In this document: positions 27,400-36,504 of the stretch, in pieces
Layout: each line of letters begins with the position of its first letter
Position numbering within the stretch: the stretch's first letter is position 1
IMG/VR virus record: IMGVR_UViG_3300020195_000012
Reading direction: 5' to 3' (one strand)
Source: an uncultured virus (IMG/VR IMGVR_UViG_3300020195_000012)
Taxonomy: Duplodnaviria; Heunggongvirae; Uroviricota; Caudoviricetes
Length of the DNA stretch: 64,000 bases
Program-made: the position numbers and the translations under genes
Notes under the pieces: model-generated
What the model was told of the DNA's origin: nothing
The model's database searches: none
What the model saw: only the letters and a program-made list of their open reading frames with translations

Positions 27400-29051
27400 T
27401 AGATATTTATTATCCATCTTTTTTTGCCACAGTCCCAAATACGAGCCAATCCGTGTTCAATTGCCCATTGATGTTCTGTTATATCTTTTGGACATCCAGT
27501 ATTGCTTTTTTTGCATGATTGTTTACTCAATCTATTATAATTTGGTTTTTTGAAATCAACATAAGAATAATCTGGTGGTATATCATCTTCTAAAGTAAAT
27601 CCTAAGATTTTATAGACGTTTCCATGGCTCCATCGATTGTCACTCCATGTTGTAATTTTTTCATATCCATTATCTTTTGCCCATGTTTTACAAGAAGCAA
27701 ACATTTTACTTGCGCCACCGATTACTTGTACGCCAGATTTGAAAACAAGTCGATCTAAAGTTAATGAGTTATTGACTCTGTGATGTCTACCTAGAGACAT
27801 ACATGCAACTAATTCGTCATTATGTGTCAATCCAAAAAAACATTTACCAAGACCACTCTTTCCTTGAATGTGATATAATTCAGCAAATTCATTAAATTGT
27901 TGTTTGGATAAATTTATCAATTTGCATTTTCGGGCATAAATTTTAACGTCATTATTGCCAATAATAGATCGTAAAATTCCTTTACATTGTTTGTTTTTAT
28001 GTTTCCATTCATCTTCAAATATTGTGATTAATTTAATTTCTTTGTTTTTGCATCCAATATATTTGTCATAGTGATAATGTTTAAGTCTAGATGTTGGCGA
28101 AAATTCATTGTGCCAGTAAAGACCACAAAATTCTATGGCGATTTTCTTTTCTGAATCATATAAGTCAATTTCTTTTCCATCCAAAATTGAATAATCTTCT
28201 TTGAATGAATATCCAAGAGAGTTAATCCATTCTTGAAGTTCTTGTTGAGTTTTTCCAAACAATCTATTTTCTTTTAAGCACAACGGATTAGGAACTCCCC
28301 ATTTCTCCATGCATAATTTAACATAATCATCTTTATATTTATTTGTTCTGCAATATAGATCACCGTATCGTTCAATTTGTGTTTGCGCTGCTTTTTCTCG
28401 ATTGCCTGGAACTTGTGAAGTGTGTTCGTACCCCGTTTCCTCTAATGTATTTTTCTTGCGATTTTCCCAATACTCATCCGTTTGCGTATAATTAATTTTC
28501 CCAAATCTATTTGAACACGTATTATTTTTTTTGTCAATAAATTCTTGTAATTGCATTACATTATCAACCCCATATTTTTCCTGATTAATAGCTCTTACTT
28601 TGTCAACATAACCTTCTATTTGACTGTAATTCTCTACACCATATGTTTGACAACAAGTTTTCTTTTGTCTGTCTTGTATTTCTAGATTCTTAAGTGGACT
28701 ATCACAACCAAATCTCTCTATCAATTTTTGTTTTCTTTTATTTTTAAACTCCTCGCTCTGATAATAATGTTTTACACCATGTTTAGACAAATTGGATTTC
28801 TCTAGCGTGTCCTTGAATTGTTGTGATTCAAATATTGAAGTAGTGCCAAACTTCAATATTGATATTTCTTCTCTTTTTTTATTACTGCATTCGCAATTAC
28901 CACAACTATCCTTGTTGATATTTTTGTTCAATCTTTTATTATCTTTAATAGTCCTCTGAAATGGGTTTTCACAATAATCACATTTCCACCAAACCAACGT
29001 CCTGGTTGAACATAAATTAAGTGGTTTTTCAAGCATCGATTCCATTATCAT
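27399..29051 (-). CDS. Putative free-standing homing endonuclease (KYG repeats plus PD-(D/E)XK/Vsr-like domain)
   Basis: Repeated ..EKYGV.N units; EIDLY....IAIEF.GLYWH; IFEDEW; YARKC; D.RWS.G; IWDCG. Confidence 0.7.
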   Translation of the reverse strand: MIMESMLEKPLNLCSTRTLVWWKCDYCENPFQRTIKDNKRLNKNINKDSCGNCECSNKKREEISILKFGTTSIFESQQFKDTLEKSNLSKHGVKHYYQSEEFKNKRKQKLIERFGCDSPLKNLEIQDRQKKTCCQTYGVENYSQIEGYVDKVRAINQEKYGVDNVMQLQEFIDKKNNTCSNRFGKINYTQTDEYWENRKKNTLEETGYEHTSQVPGNREKAAQTQIERYGDLYCRTNKYKDDYVKLCMEKWGVPNPLCLKENRLFGKTQQELQEWINSLGYSFKEDYSILDGKEIDLYDSEKKIAIEFCGLYWHNEFSPTSRLKHYHYDKYIGCKNKEIKLITIFEDEWKHKNKQCKGILRSIIGNNDVKIYARKCKLINLSKQQFNEFAELYHIQGKSGLGKCFFGLTHNDELVACMSLGRHHRVNNSLTLDRLVFKSGVQVIGGASKMFASCKTWAKDNGYEKITTWSDNRWSHGNVYKILGFTLEDDIPPDYSYVDFKKPNYNRLSKQSCKKSNTGCPKDITEHQWAIEHGLARIWDCGKKRWIINI

Positions 29052-29159
29052 TTTTGTTCCTTGTATTTATAGCAACCATTCTACTGGTCGTCCTCAAATT
29101 ATATATTATTATTTTTCGAAGTAAATATCGAAATCAATAAATTTTGACTTGATTTCGAT

Positions 29160-29843
29160 ATGAATATTTTTAGTTCGGCAGGGGATTTGGGAGATTTGAT
29201 TTATCAACTCCCAACTATCCAAAGTCTCGGTGGTGGATCACTAAATCTCCATACCCAAAATCAATTCTACATTCGACAACCGTGGACACAAAAATCTGTC
29301 TCATGTGTGACTTCGTTTCTTTTATCTCAACCATATATCTCCGACGTCAAATTCAGCAATAAACCTGAAGGAATCGTAATTGATGATTGGAGGTTAAACA
29401 TTAACAACAACATGAGTTTGGCTGACAATGTTGCTGTTCATTTCAATGTTACTCCGCATCCTTTAGAATTACCTTGGGCGGAAGTTGAGCCAAATCGTAT
29501 TTCTAAATATGTATTACATCGTTCTGGAAGGTATCATTACAGGCGTTTTCCGTGGAAAGAGATTGTTAAAAAGATTGGTAGAGAGGCGGTGATGGTAGGG
29601 AGTCGAGAGGAGCATATTAATTTCTGTGATGAATTTGGTGATGTTGAGTATTATTTCACGAAGACGATTCTTGATTTGGCGGGAGTTATTGCTGGTTCGG
29701 AGATGTTTGTAGGTAATCAGAGTGCGCCTAGGGCGATAGCGGAGTCTTTGAAGGTTTCTGTTTGGCAGGAGACGGGGAATCCGCCCAATTGTTATTTTGA
29801 ACGCAATAATGCATTTTATTTTCCTAATGACTGGCCAATATAA
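29160..29843 (+). CDS. GT9-like glycosyltransferase
   Basis: GDLGD.I..LP; LA..I.....FVGNQS....IA. Confidence 0.65.
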   Translation: MNIFSSAGDLGDLIYQLPTIQSLGGGSLNLHTQNQFYIRQPWTQKSVSCVTSFLLSQPYISDVKFSNKPEGIVIDDWRLNINNNMSLADNVAVHFNVTPHPLELPWAEVEPNRISKYVLHRSGRYHYRRFPWKEIVKKIGREAVMVGSREEHINFCDEFGDVEYYFTKTILDLAGVIAGSEMFVGNQSAPRAIAESLKVSVWQETGNPPNCYFERNNAFYFPNDWPI

Positions 29844-29870
29844 TCTTTTGAGTATCCATATATAAATTAT

Positions 29871-30791
29871 ATGGCTAATTTTCGTGCGATAACAATCAAT
29901 GCAGGGACGTTTGACGACATTGATGATACTAACACCCTCATTGTTGGTGCAGGTATTACTACCAGTGCTTCTGTCGCCTTAACTATTACTGCCAATGCTG
30001 CTTCTTGTACATGGTCTACTTCTGCTGGTTTACTTACAGTTCGTGGTTTTGCTGGGGTAACAGTTAGTACGCCAGCCGCCACAGGTACTACTGTTGCCGG
30101 GTCATCTGTAAATACTTCTCCAGGTGCAGGCTCGGTTGCTACTGGCGCAAATGCTGGTGGTGTTGGTGGTGCAATAAATCATACTGGTGGTGTTGGTGGT
30201 GCTGCTGCTGGTGGTGCTGGTATTGGGGGCGCTGGTGGCACAATTACTGGTTTTGCTGGTACTGGTGGTGTAGCTTCATCAACAGCAAATGCTGGTGTTG
30301 GTGGGAACTTTCTTGCTGCTGCTGGAACTGGCGGCGACAGTGCTGCGAGTGGTACTGGTGCCGCTGGCGTTGGTGGAACTGCTGCGATATTCGGCGGTGC
30401 TGCTGGTTCTGCTGGTGCAGGCGCAAACGCTTCGGCAATGTCATCGATTACATTGTCAGGCGGTGCGGGTGGTGGTGGTGCTAATGCTAGTAATGTTGTT
30501 GCTGCTGGAGGAAATATTACTGGTGCTGGTACATTCCCAACTGTAAACGGCGGTGCAGCAAATAGTGATGGTAACGCAGGACTTATGCTCAGATTCCCAG
30601 GCATACAATATAGTTATCAAGCATTTCGTGCTTGTGGTGGGAGTGGTGCTGGCGGTGCTAGTGCTACTGGAGGGTTTATAGGTGGTTGGGGAGCAATTGG
30701 TTGTGGAGGTGGTGGAGGTGGTGGCGGAACTGGTACTGGTGGTGCTGGTGGAAGAGGCGGTGACGGAATGATAATTATTACTGCTTGGTAA
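29871..30791 (+). CDS. Glycine-rich virion/fibre protein
   Basis: G/A-rich repeats ending GG.GG.GGDG.IIIT.W. Confidence 0.65.
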   Translation: MANFRAITINAGTFDDIDDTNTLIVGAGITTSASVALTITANAASCTWSTSAGLLTVRGFAGVTVSTPAATGTTVAGSSVNTSPGAGSVATGANAGGVGGAINHTGGVGGAAAGGAGIGGAGGTITGFAGTGGVASSTANAGVGGNFLAAAGTGGDSAASGTGAAGVGGTAAIFGGAAGSAGAGANASAMSSITLSGGAGGGGANASNVVAAGGNITGAGTFPTVNGGAANSDGNAGLMLRFPGIQYSYQAFRACGGSGAGGASATGGFIGGWGAIGCGGGGGGGGTGTGGAGGRGGDGMIIITAW

Positions 30792-30811
30792 ATTTTTAGG
30801 AGAATATATAT

Positions 30812-31117
30812 ATGAGTTTTTCATCTACGGTTTCTATTACTGGCACGCAAAAAGTAACTTTGCACGCTGATTGCAGAGATGTTTGTGGTATGTGCATGTT
30901 GTCGCCTTCTACTCCATCTTGGAGTAATAGCGACAACGCAGTGGCAACCATAACTCCGTCCGGAGATAATCTTTCTTGCGACGTAATAGCTGTTTCAGCT
31001 GGATTTACAGATGTCACTGTAACAATTAATTCTAGTTCAACAATCACTAGAGTCGTCGTGTCTGGACCTGTATTCAATTATATCAAAGTGAATGCTGACG
31101 ATCCAGTTTCACAATAA
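30812..31117 (+). CDS. Ig-like (Big_2-type) domain protein
   Basis: W.NSD.AVATI....V.A.S.G...VTV. Confidence 0.55.
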   Translation: MSFSSTVSITGTQKVTLHADCRDVCGMCMLSPSTPSWSNSDNAVATITPSGDNLSCDVIAVSAGFTDVTVTINSSSTITRVVVSGPVFNYIKVNADDPVSQ

Positions 31118-31135
31118 GTGAAACTATATTAGTGT

Positions 31136-31732
31136 GTGAACCCATTCGTTACAGTACAGCAGTTTGAACAAGTGGTTGCCGAATATACAGGTAGCCCATA
31201 CGCCGTGGCAATTGATAGTTGCACCGGCGCTTTGTTTTTAACCTGCAAATATCTTGAAGTCAAAGAAGTTACAATTCCAGCACGAACTTACGTATCCGTT
31301 CCTTGCTCTGTTATTCATGCTGGTGGAACTGTTGTCATGGAAGACGTTTCTTGGGCAGGAGCATATCAATTAAAGCCATATCCAATATGGGATTGTGCAT
31401 GCCGTTTTACCAAAGATATGTACGTACCTGGAACATATCAATGTTTGTCATTCCAATACAAAAAGCATCTTCCTATTGGACGCGGTGGAATGATACTGAC
31501 AGACAACATTGAAGCAGTGAAGTGGTTCAAATTAGCCCGATTTCACGGAAGGCATGAAGTTCCTTTGATGGAAGATACTCCGGCAATGGTCGGTTGGCAT
31601 CTTTACATGGAACCAGAACGCGCGTCTCGTGGATTAACCTTAATGAGTAGTTACCCAAAACACAATGACGACCTCAATTTTGAATACCCCGACCTCAGAA
31701 AATTTGGCATCTACGATTCCCCACTTCTCTAG
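31136..31732 (+). CDS. DegT/DnrJ-family sugar aminotransferase (compact)
   Basis: FE...AEY.G..YAVA.DSCT.AL, D.A, SF...K.L..G.GG. Confidence 0.85.
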   Translation: MNPFVTVQQFEQVVAEYTGSPYAVAIDSCTGALFLTCKYLEVKEVTIPARTYVSVPCSVIHAGGTVVMEDVSWAGAYQLKPYPIWDCACRFTKDMYVPGTYQCLSFQYKKHLPIGRGGMILTDNIEAVKWFKLARFHGRHEVPLMEDTPAMVGWHLYMEPERASRGLTLMSSYPKHNDDLNFEYPDLRKFGIYDSPLL

Positions 31733-32447
31733 CGTTATATCCGCTGGTGAACGCATGGAAAGTCGATTAGAACTATTCTTCCAATCACTAATCAATCCAG
31801 GTGGATTAACTAATTGGCATGCAACTATTTTCATCCTAGAAGGCGAAAAGATTGAGAGTAAGTATCTCAAAGAAGTTGCCGAAATAGTTGAATATGAAAG
31901 AGACCCAAAATACAAACGTCCTTGGAATGTATCTCCACGATGGAGATGTCAACCAAAAAGCGATCTCTGTATTTGCGTAGATGCAGATGTCGTTGTATTG
32001 GATAAGTTTTCTCTTCTTTTAGATACTTGTGTTGATAAAGATGCGGTGTATGGCGTTCAGGCATGGCACAGTCCATTTTGGAATCACCATGAAAAAGGTT
32101 GGCAAAAGGTATTTGACTCCGTTGGACTGGCATTATCCGAATCAACAAACAAACAAGTATTCATGCCATGGTACGTCAACCATGGATTGATTGTTGTGCC
32201 ATCAAAATATATGTCAGATATCAATGAGGCAATCAAGGAAGTTTCGTATAAAGTTTATGATGTGATACCTGGCTTATACTATTTTGCGCAACTAAAAACC
32301 ACTGCTGCATTAGAAAAACTGAACATTCCAAGAAAATTGCTGCCTTCTCGGTTCAATTCACAAAATCTACATGACGATACAGTATTGTGGCATTACACGT
32401 CATTTGATTTCAATGAAGTCAAAAACATACTAAGGAAAAAACAATGA
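31665..32447 (+). CDS. GT-A (GT8-like) glycosyltransferase
   Basis: DAD motif, Y.N.G, LP.RFN, HY; start uncertain. Confidence 0.6.
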   Translation: MTTSILNTPTSENLASTIPHFSSVISAGERMESRLELFFQSLINPGGLTNWHATIFILEGEKIESKYLKEVAEIVEYERDPKYKRPWNVSPRWRCQPKSDLCICVDADVVVLDKFSLLLDTCVDKDAVYGVQAWHSPFWNHHEKGWQKVFDSVGLALSESTNKQVFMPWYVNHGLIVVPSKYMSDINEAIKEVSYKVYDVIPGLYYFAQLKTTAALEKLNIPRKLLPSRFNSQNLHDDTVLWHYTSFDFNEVKNILRKKQ

Positions 32448-33040
32448 GACTGGCTATCATGCAGCCATACTTCTTCCCATATTACGGCTATTTTGACCTT
32501 ATCAGTAAAGTAGATTTGTTTCTGTTTCTCACAGACGTTCAATACATTCGTCGTGGCTGGATAAACAGAAACAGAATAAGATCAGGGCAATACATTACCG
32601 TTCCAATATCACATTGCCATCAATCAACTAAAATAAAAGATATTAGAATTGCTGGAGAGTGGAAATCCAAAGTATTATCTTCATTAAGATCAACGTACAA
32701 AAAGGCAACTCTACATACCTTATACAAACTCATAGAACGGCAGACTGGTAGTAATTTATCTTCTGTGCTGCAACAAACAATAATTGAAACCGCATCTTTT
32801 CTAGGTATCAATACTAAGTTCGAGGAAGCAGAACCAACACCAGGACGTGGCAAAGAACTTATTAGTAATCTGTGTAGAAAGTATGGAGCAACAACTTACG
32901 TCAATCTACCAGGAGGACGAGAATTATATAATAAGTTTGATATTGATATTGAATTTGTTGATACCGTTCCAGACTATTCAATCCTTGACTTCTGTCTTAG
33001 GGATACCGTCCCATCGCCCACCAGTGCGCAACATGACTAA
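32444..33040 (+). CDS. WbqC-like protein
   Basis: QPYFFPY.GYF, DVQY...GWINRNRI, YVN..GG..LY. Confidence 0.85.
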   Translation: MRLAIMQPYFFPYYGYFDLISKVDLFLFLTDVQYIRRGWINRNRIRSGQYITVPISHCHQSTKIKDIRIAGEWKSKVLSSLRSTYKKATLHTLYKLIERQTGSNLSSVLQQTIIETASFLGINTKFEEAEPTPGRGKELISNLCRKYGATTYVNLPGGRELYNKFDIDIEFVDTVPDYSILDFCLRDTVPSPTSAQHD

Positions 33041-33610
33041 AAAGTAAGAATGATTTTTACGTGCGTGAACTTGACGTTTTCTTGGATGCGGTCTTTTATT
33101 GGATTGAACTAATACAAAAATGTCTTCGCAACGAAAACCAATTGTTGAAGCATGGGTAATAAGATCACAATGAACCAATACTTGTCTATTTGCGCACACC
33201 ATATCTTGGCATTTTATTATCATCACACCAGAAGAATTCAATACTCGATTGGCTTCGTTCATTCCTTTTATGTAAATATCAAGAACTGCATCTGCCCATT
33301 TTTTATCAGTAAAAGTGCGTTCAATGCCATAGTAATCAGAGAATTGTGATATGCCTGTGTATTGAGTAGGCATGTAAGGTGGGTCCATAACCAATGCATC
33401 AAATGATCCTGCTTCATAAGGCAAAGCAGTCATGTCAACACCAGTTTTCAAATCTGTTGGCGTGAATTCATATTTAGACGTATCAACATTTCTCCAAAAC
33501 ACACCTTTGCCATAATTAACATCCGTTATCTTGCTTCCTGGTTTGACATAAATGTCTAGTATGCCAGGAAAAAGGTCTGCGTTAGTTCCGACGCTTGCTG
33601 TATAAATCAC
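32978..33610 (-). CDS. SAM-dependent amino (DNA) methyltransferase
   Basis: D.NYG.G.F motif I, DPPY, IKCQD, HARKNHSY. Confidence 0.75.
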   Translation of the reverse strand: MIYTASVGTNADLFPGILDIYVKPGSKITDVNYGKGVFWRNVDTSKYEFTPTDLKTGVDMTALPYEAGSFDALVMDPPYMPTQYTGISQFSDYYGIERTFTDKKWADAVLDIYIKGMNEANRVLNSSGVMIIKCQDMVCANRQVLVHCDLITHASTIGFRCEDIFVLVQSNKRPHPRKRQVHARKNHSYFLVMLRTGGRWDGIPKTEVKD

Positions 33611-33780
33611 GATTTTTTGCCTACCGTTCTAATTAAAGTAAATTTAGTTTGAATAATCAACCATCTCACTTTCACCGTGAGACTTTCAATGGATTGATTA
33701 CTACTGGCCTTGCGGCAAGGCTCCTATCCCCTATTCCTGCGAACTCAGAGATTACTTTTCGTCCTATGTTGAGAGAACCA
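33607..33780 (-). ncRNA. Predicted tnpB omegaRNA with guide GGTAGGCAAAAAATCGTGA (33625-33607); boundaries inferred
   Basis: Overlaps the tnpB 3' end; scaffold end inferred at TTAGAAC from the duplicated gene tail. Confidence 0.45.
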
Positions 33781-34847
33781 TTAACGTCAGCATTCACAGC
33801 AAATCCATCCTTCGTAACGTACAAACCACGTTTCTTTCTCTTTCCAGAAAATTCAGGTACAGGCTCTCCGTACTTGGGTAATGGATCATTATCATAAAAA
33901 CTGGCTTTACTTGTGTACGCTTCTTCCGTGAATGTTACATCAATTCCTGCAATATCTGCTTTGTACTTGATTTTTTGCAAAAGTAAATATATTGGCACAC
34001 AGCAAAATGCTTGGTTTGTCTTTTTGCCTAAATTGATATTTTGTTTCCATCCATTATTTTTGCCAATAACAATATGACCAATACCTTCCTTTACACATAA
34101 GTCAATAATGAATTTACTTACATGATGGAAATAGTTTTCAAGCCTCCAATACCTTTTACGCAAACGATTCTTGCAAGGACGTTTATTGTACCATTGATTG
34201 ATGGACTTGACGATGCGACCATTGATCAGTATCGGACGGTTCTGATCGTAAGTTATCGCACACAAATTATTTAATCCAATATCAATCGTACAAATCTTGT
34301 TTTTGTTAAACTTTATCTTTTCACTGTTTTCTTTCTTTTCGTATTGGACGTCAATTACGAATCCAAACGCTTTTGGCGTAATGACAACTTGTTTGTATCC
34401 TTCTTTGAATGGAACAGAAAAACAATCGTTGTTCGCAGTGAGTGTGGTTAATGGTTTTTTGCCTTGTCCTCTTTTAATTGTGTGTTTGGAAAAAATTACT
34501 TGAGCCATTTTATTTTTGTAATTAGGCGGTTTTGGACATTTGATGAACTTACTTGAGTCTTTCTTGTAAGCAGTTAATGCTTTCAAAAAATTACTCCAAT
34601 CTATAAGACATTTTCGTATTGTTTGTGTAGCAGTTTTAGTATTGCCAAATTGCTGAAAACAATCAAGTAGTCTTGTTTCTTTCACAAGTATACTAATGTT
34701 AGGAATTTGTCGATATTTTACGTGTTGTTGATTGAACCATGCTTGACGCATCAAATAATTACATCGATTGTATAATTCTTTGCTCAGAGAGCAAAGACGA
34801 GTGATTTCAGCATTGCCATTTGTGTAGTGTCGTTCGGATAATATCAT
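33672..34847 (-). CDS. tnpB: TnpB RNA-guided endonuclease (IS200/IS605 family), no tnpA in the window
   Basis: LYN..NY, IDIGLNNL (RuvC-I), IVIG.N.GWKQ, EEAYTSK, NADVNGSLNI (RuvC-III). Confidence 0.92.
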   Translation of the reverse strand: MILSERHYTNGNAEITRLCSLSKELYNRCNYLMRQAWFNQQHVKYRQIPNISILVKETRLLDCFQQFGNTKTATQTIRKCLIDWSNFLKALTAYKKDSSKFIKCPKPPNYKNKMAQVIFSKHTIKRGQGKKPLTTLTANNDCFSVPFKEGYKQVVITPKAFGFVIDVQYEKKENSEKIKFNKNKICTIDIGLNNLCAITYDQNRPILINGRIVKSINQWYNKRPCKNRLRKRYWRLENYFHHVSKFIIDLCVKEGIGHIVIGKNNGWKQNINLGKKTNQAFCCVPIYLLLQKIKYKADIAGIDVTFTEEAYTSKASFYDNDPLPKYGEPVPEFSGKRKKRGLYVTKDGFAVNADVNGSLNIGRKVISEFAGIGDRSLAARPVVINPLKVSR

Positions 34848-34849
34848 TT

Positions 34850-35725
34850 TCAATGGTTTTTGCCTAGTCTAAATTTGCGATGACCTTGGACATCTTGAAA
34901 TTTGCGAATCAATTCATATGTTGGTCGATTATATTCACGTTCTACATCTTCATTGTCTTCAACTGGTTCTCCAAGAACTCGTTCTAAGAACTTAAGCCAT
35001 TGACGACCGCGCCAACCTGCGTATTCACTCCACTTCATTGAATGTAGTGCTTGAAGAACTATTTGATTGAATTTATAACTACCTTCCATAACCCAGTGTG
35101 CAAGATCAGTATATTGTATCATATCTTGAAGCATGTTTACAACAGCATGTTCTACGTCATCCATTGATGCCGTTGTAAACCTTCTTTTTGGCTGATTTGC
35201 TTCGGGCGAAATACTAGGTATTTTACCTTTATTAACCTTGGCAATGAACTGCTTCATTGGTGTTTCTGGAGGGATAGAATTTGACAAATCGAAATTACTG
35301 ACTGGGTAAATCACGCCAGTGATGTATTTTGCAGGTATTGGAACAGGTGAAAATGCTTGAAGTCTAGTAGTTGCATCAAATGTTTCTTTGTCATCTGGGT
35401 CAACTTGCAATATTGAAAATGGAACTTCAGCAACAAACATAAGATGATCACCGCCATGTTTAGTTACGGCAGCATGACTATACATATTCGTTCTGCCTGG
35501 ATCAAAAGAGAAAAAGACCCCAGGAGTTACCTTGCTCCAGTTCATCCGTGATTTATCGAATGTGAATCCGTTATTGACAATCTCCCAAAACCATTTTGTA
35601 CTTGTCCCGTGATAAACTAACGCTTTTTTCTTACGTCCAACTATTGATTTTTGAAAATCTGGATCAAATGGGTTATCAACCACACTCATATCCATCGCCA
35701 TCTCTAACCATTTCCTGAACTCCAT
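34850..35725 (-). CDS. ADP-ribosyltransferase-fold protein, putative internal head protein
   Basis: MEFRKWLE; VYHGTS....I...G, PGVFFS, IP..YI. Confidence 0.6.
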   Translation of the reverse strand: MEFRKWLEMAMDMSVVDNPFDPDFQKSIVGRKKKALVYHGTSTKWFWEIVNNGFTFDKSRMNWSKVTPGVFFSFDPGRTNMYSHAAVTKHGGDHLMFVAEVPFSILQVDPDDKETFDATTRLQAFSPVPIPAKYITGVIYPVSNFDLSNSIPPETPMKQFIAKVNKGKIPSISPEANQPKRRFTTASMDDVEHAVVNMLQDMIQYTDLAHWVMEGSYKFNQIVLQALHSMKWSEYAGWRGRQWLKFLERVLGEPVEDNEDVEREYNRPTYELIRKFQDVQGHRKFRLGKNH

Positions 35726-35727
35726 AA

Positions 35728-35737
35728 CTATATATAG
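35728..35737. promoter_or_regulatory. Palindromic bidirectional late promoter
   Basis: CTATATATAG fills the 12-nt gap between divergent start codons. Confidence 0.6.
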
Positions 35738-36295
35738 ATGATGGAAAACAATATAGATTCAGCATTCAATGAATGGCTTGAACACAGAGACTTAGGCACC
35801 GAATTAACCGAATCATTGCAATCAAATCGCTATAGCATAGAAGTCAACTACAGAACCAAAATCGAAGAAGTAGTCGATAATTTTGCCAAATTAGCTTTAG
35901 GATACATAAGTGCTGGAATGAAGAACTGTGGGTATCACTGCAAAACGATGTTCATAGATCAACCGTTCCGAGTCATGGTATCAACTCGCAACTGGGACGA
36001 TGGAGAATGGGTTGGATTAGCCATCTTTAGCCACAAGGAAGGTCAATTCATCATTGCCAAGGGTTCATACAACAAAGACGTGAAGACGGTAACAATACAG
36101 TCAAGCAAGAAAAGTACGGGAGTTTCTGCTGCTGAAATTGTACGAGAACTAAGAAACTTGATGGAAGAACTCAAACGAACTCCTCCACGCGGCAGCAATA
36201 CATTGAATCCAGCAGAACTTAAACGTGGACCAAAACCAACTCATCTCAAGAAAGTAAATAAGGTGACTGGTCCTTGGAAACCAAAGTTCAATTAA
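35738..36295 (+). CDS. Hypothetical, putative internal head protein
   Basis: FNEWLE near the N-terminus; basic tail. Confidence 0.55.
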   Translation: MMENNIDSAFNEWLEHRDLGTELTESLQSNRYSIEVNYRTKIEEVVDNFAKLALGYISAGMKNCGYHCKTMFIDQPFRVMVSTRNWDDGEWVGLAIFSHKEGQFIIAKGSYNKDVKTVTIQSSKKSTGVSAAEIVRELRNLMEELKRTPPRGSNTLNPAELKRGPKPTHLKKVNKVTGPWKPKFN

Positions 36296-36504
36296 TACCA
36301 ACAACAATTGCGAATCATCTTCTTGATTTCTTGCAATTCAACTAAGATTGCGCCAAGAGCAAGTCCGGCGAAACCAATAATGCAATCTTCATTTATAAGT
36401 GCATAAGATACCATGATTGCAGGAATAACCAAAGTACACCTTTGACAAAACATAGAAGCCAATTTGCCTAATTGACAACAAATACATTCAAAAAAAGATT
36501 TCAT
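36292..36504 (-). CDS. Small Cys-rich membrane protein
   Basis: Two hydrophobic segments; ATGA coupling. Confidence 0.5.
   Translation of the reverse strand: MKSFFECICCQLGKLASMFCQRCTLVIPAIMVSYALINEDCIIGFAGLALGAILVELQEIKKMIRNCCWY

Noticed and set aside
29867..31077. Pro/Thr/Gln-rich minus-strand ORFs
   Set aside because: Shadows of the GGT/GCT-rich glycine-rich gene and the Ig-like gene
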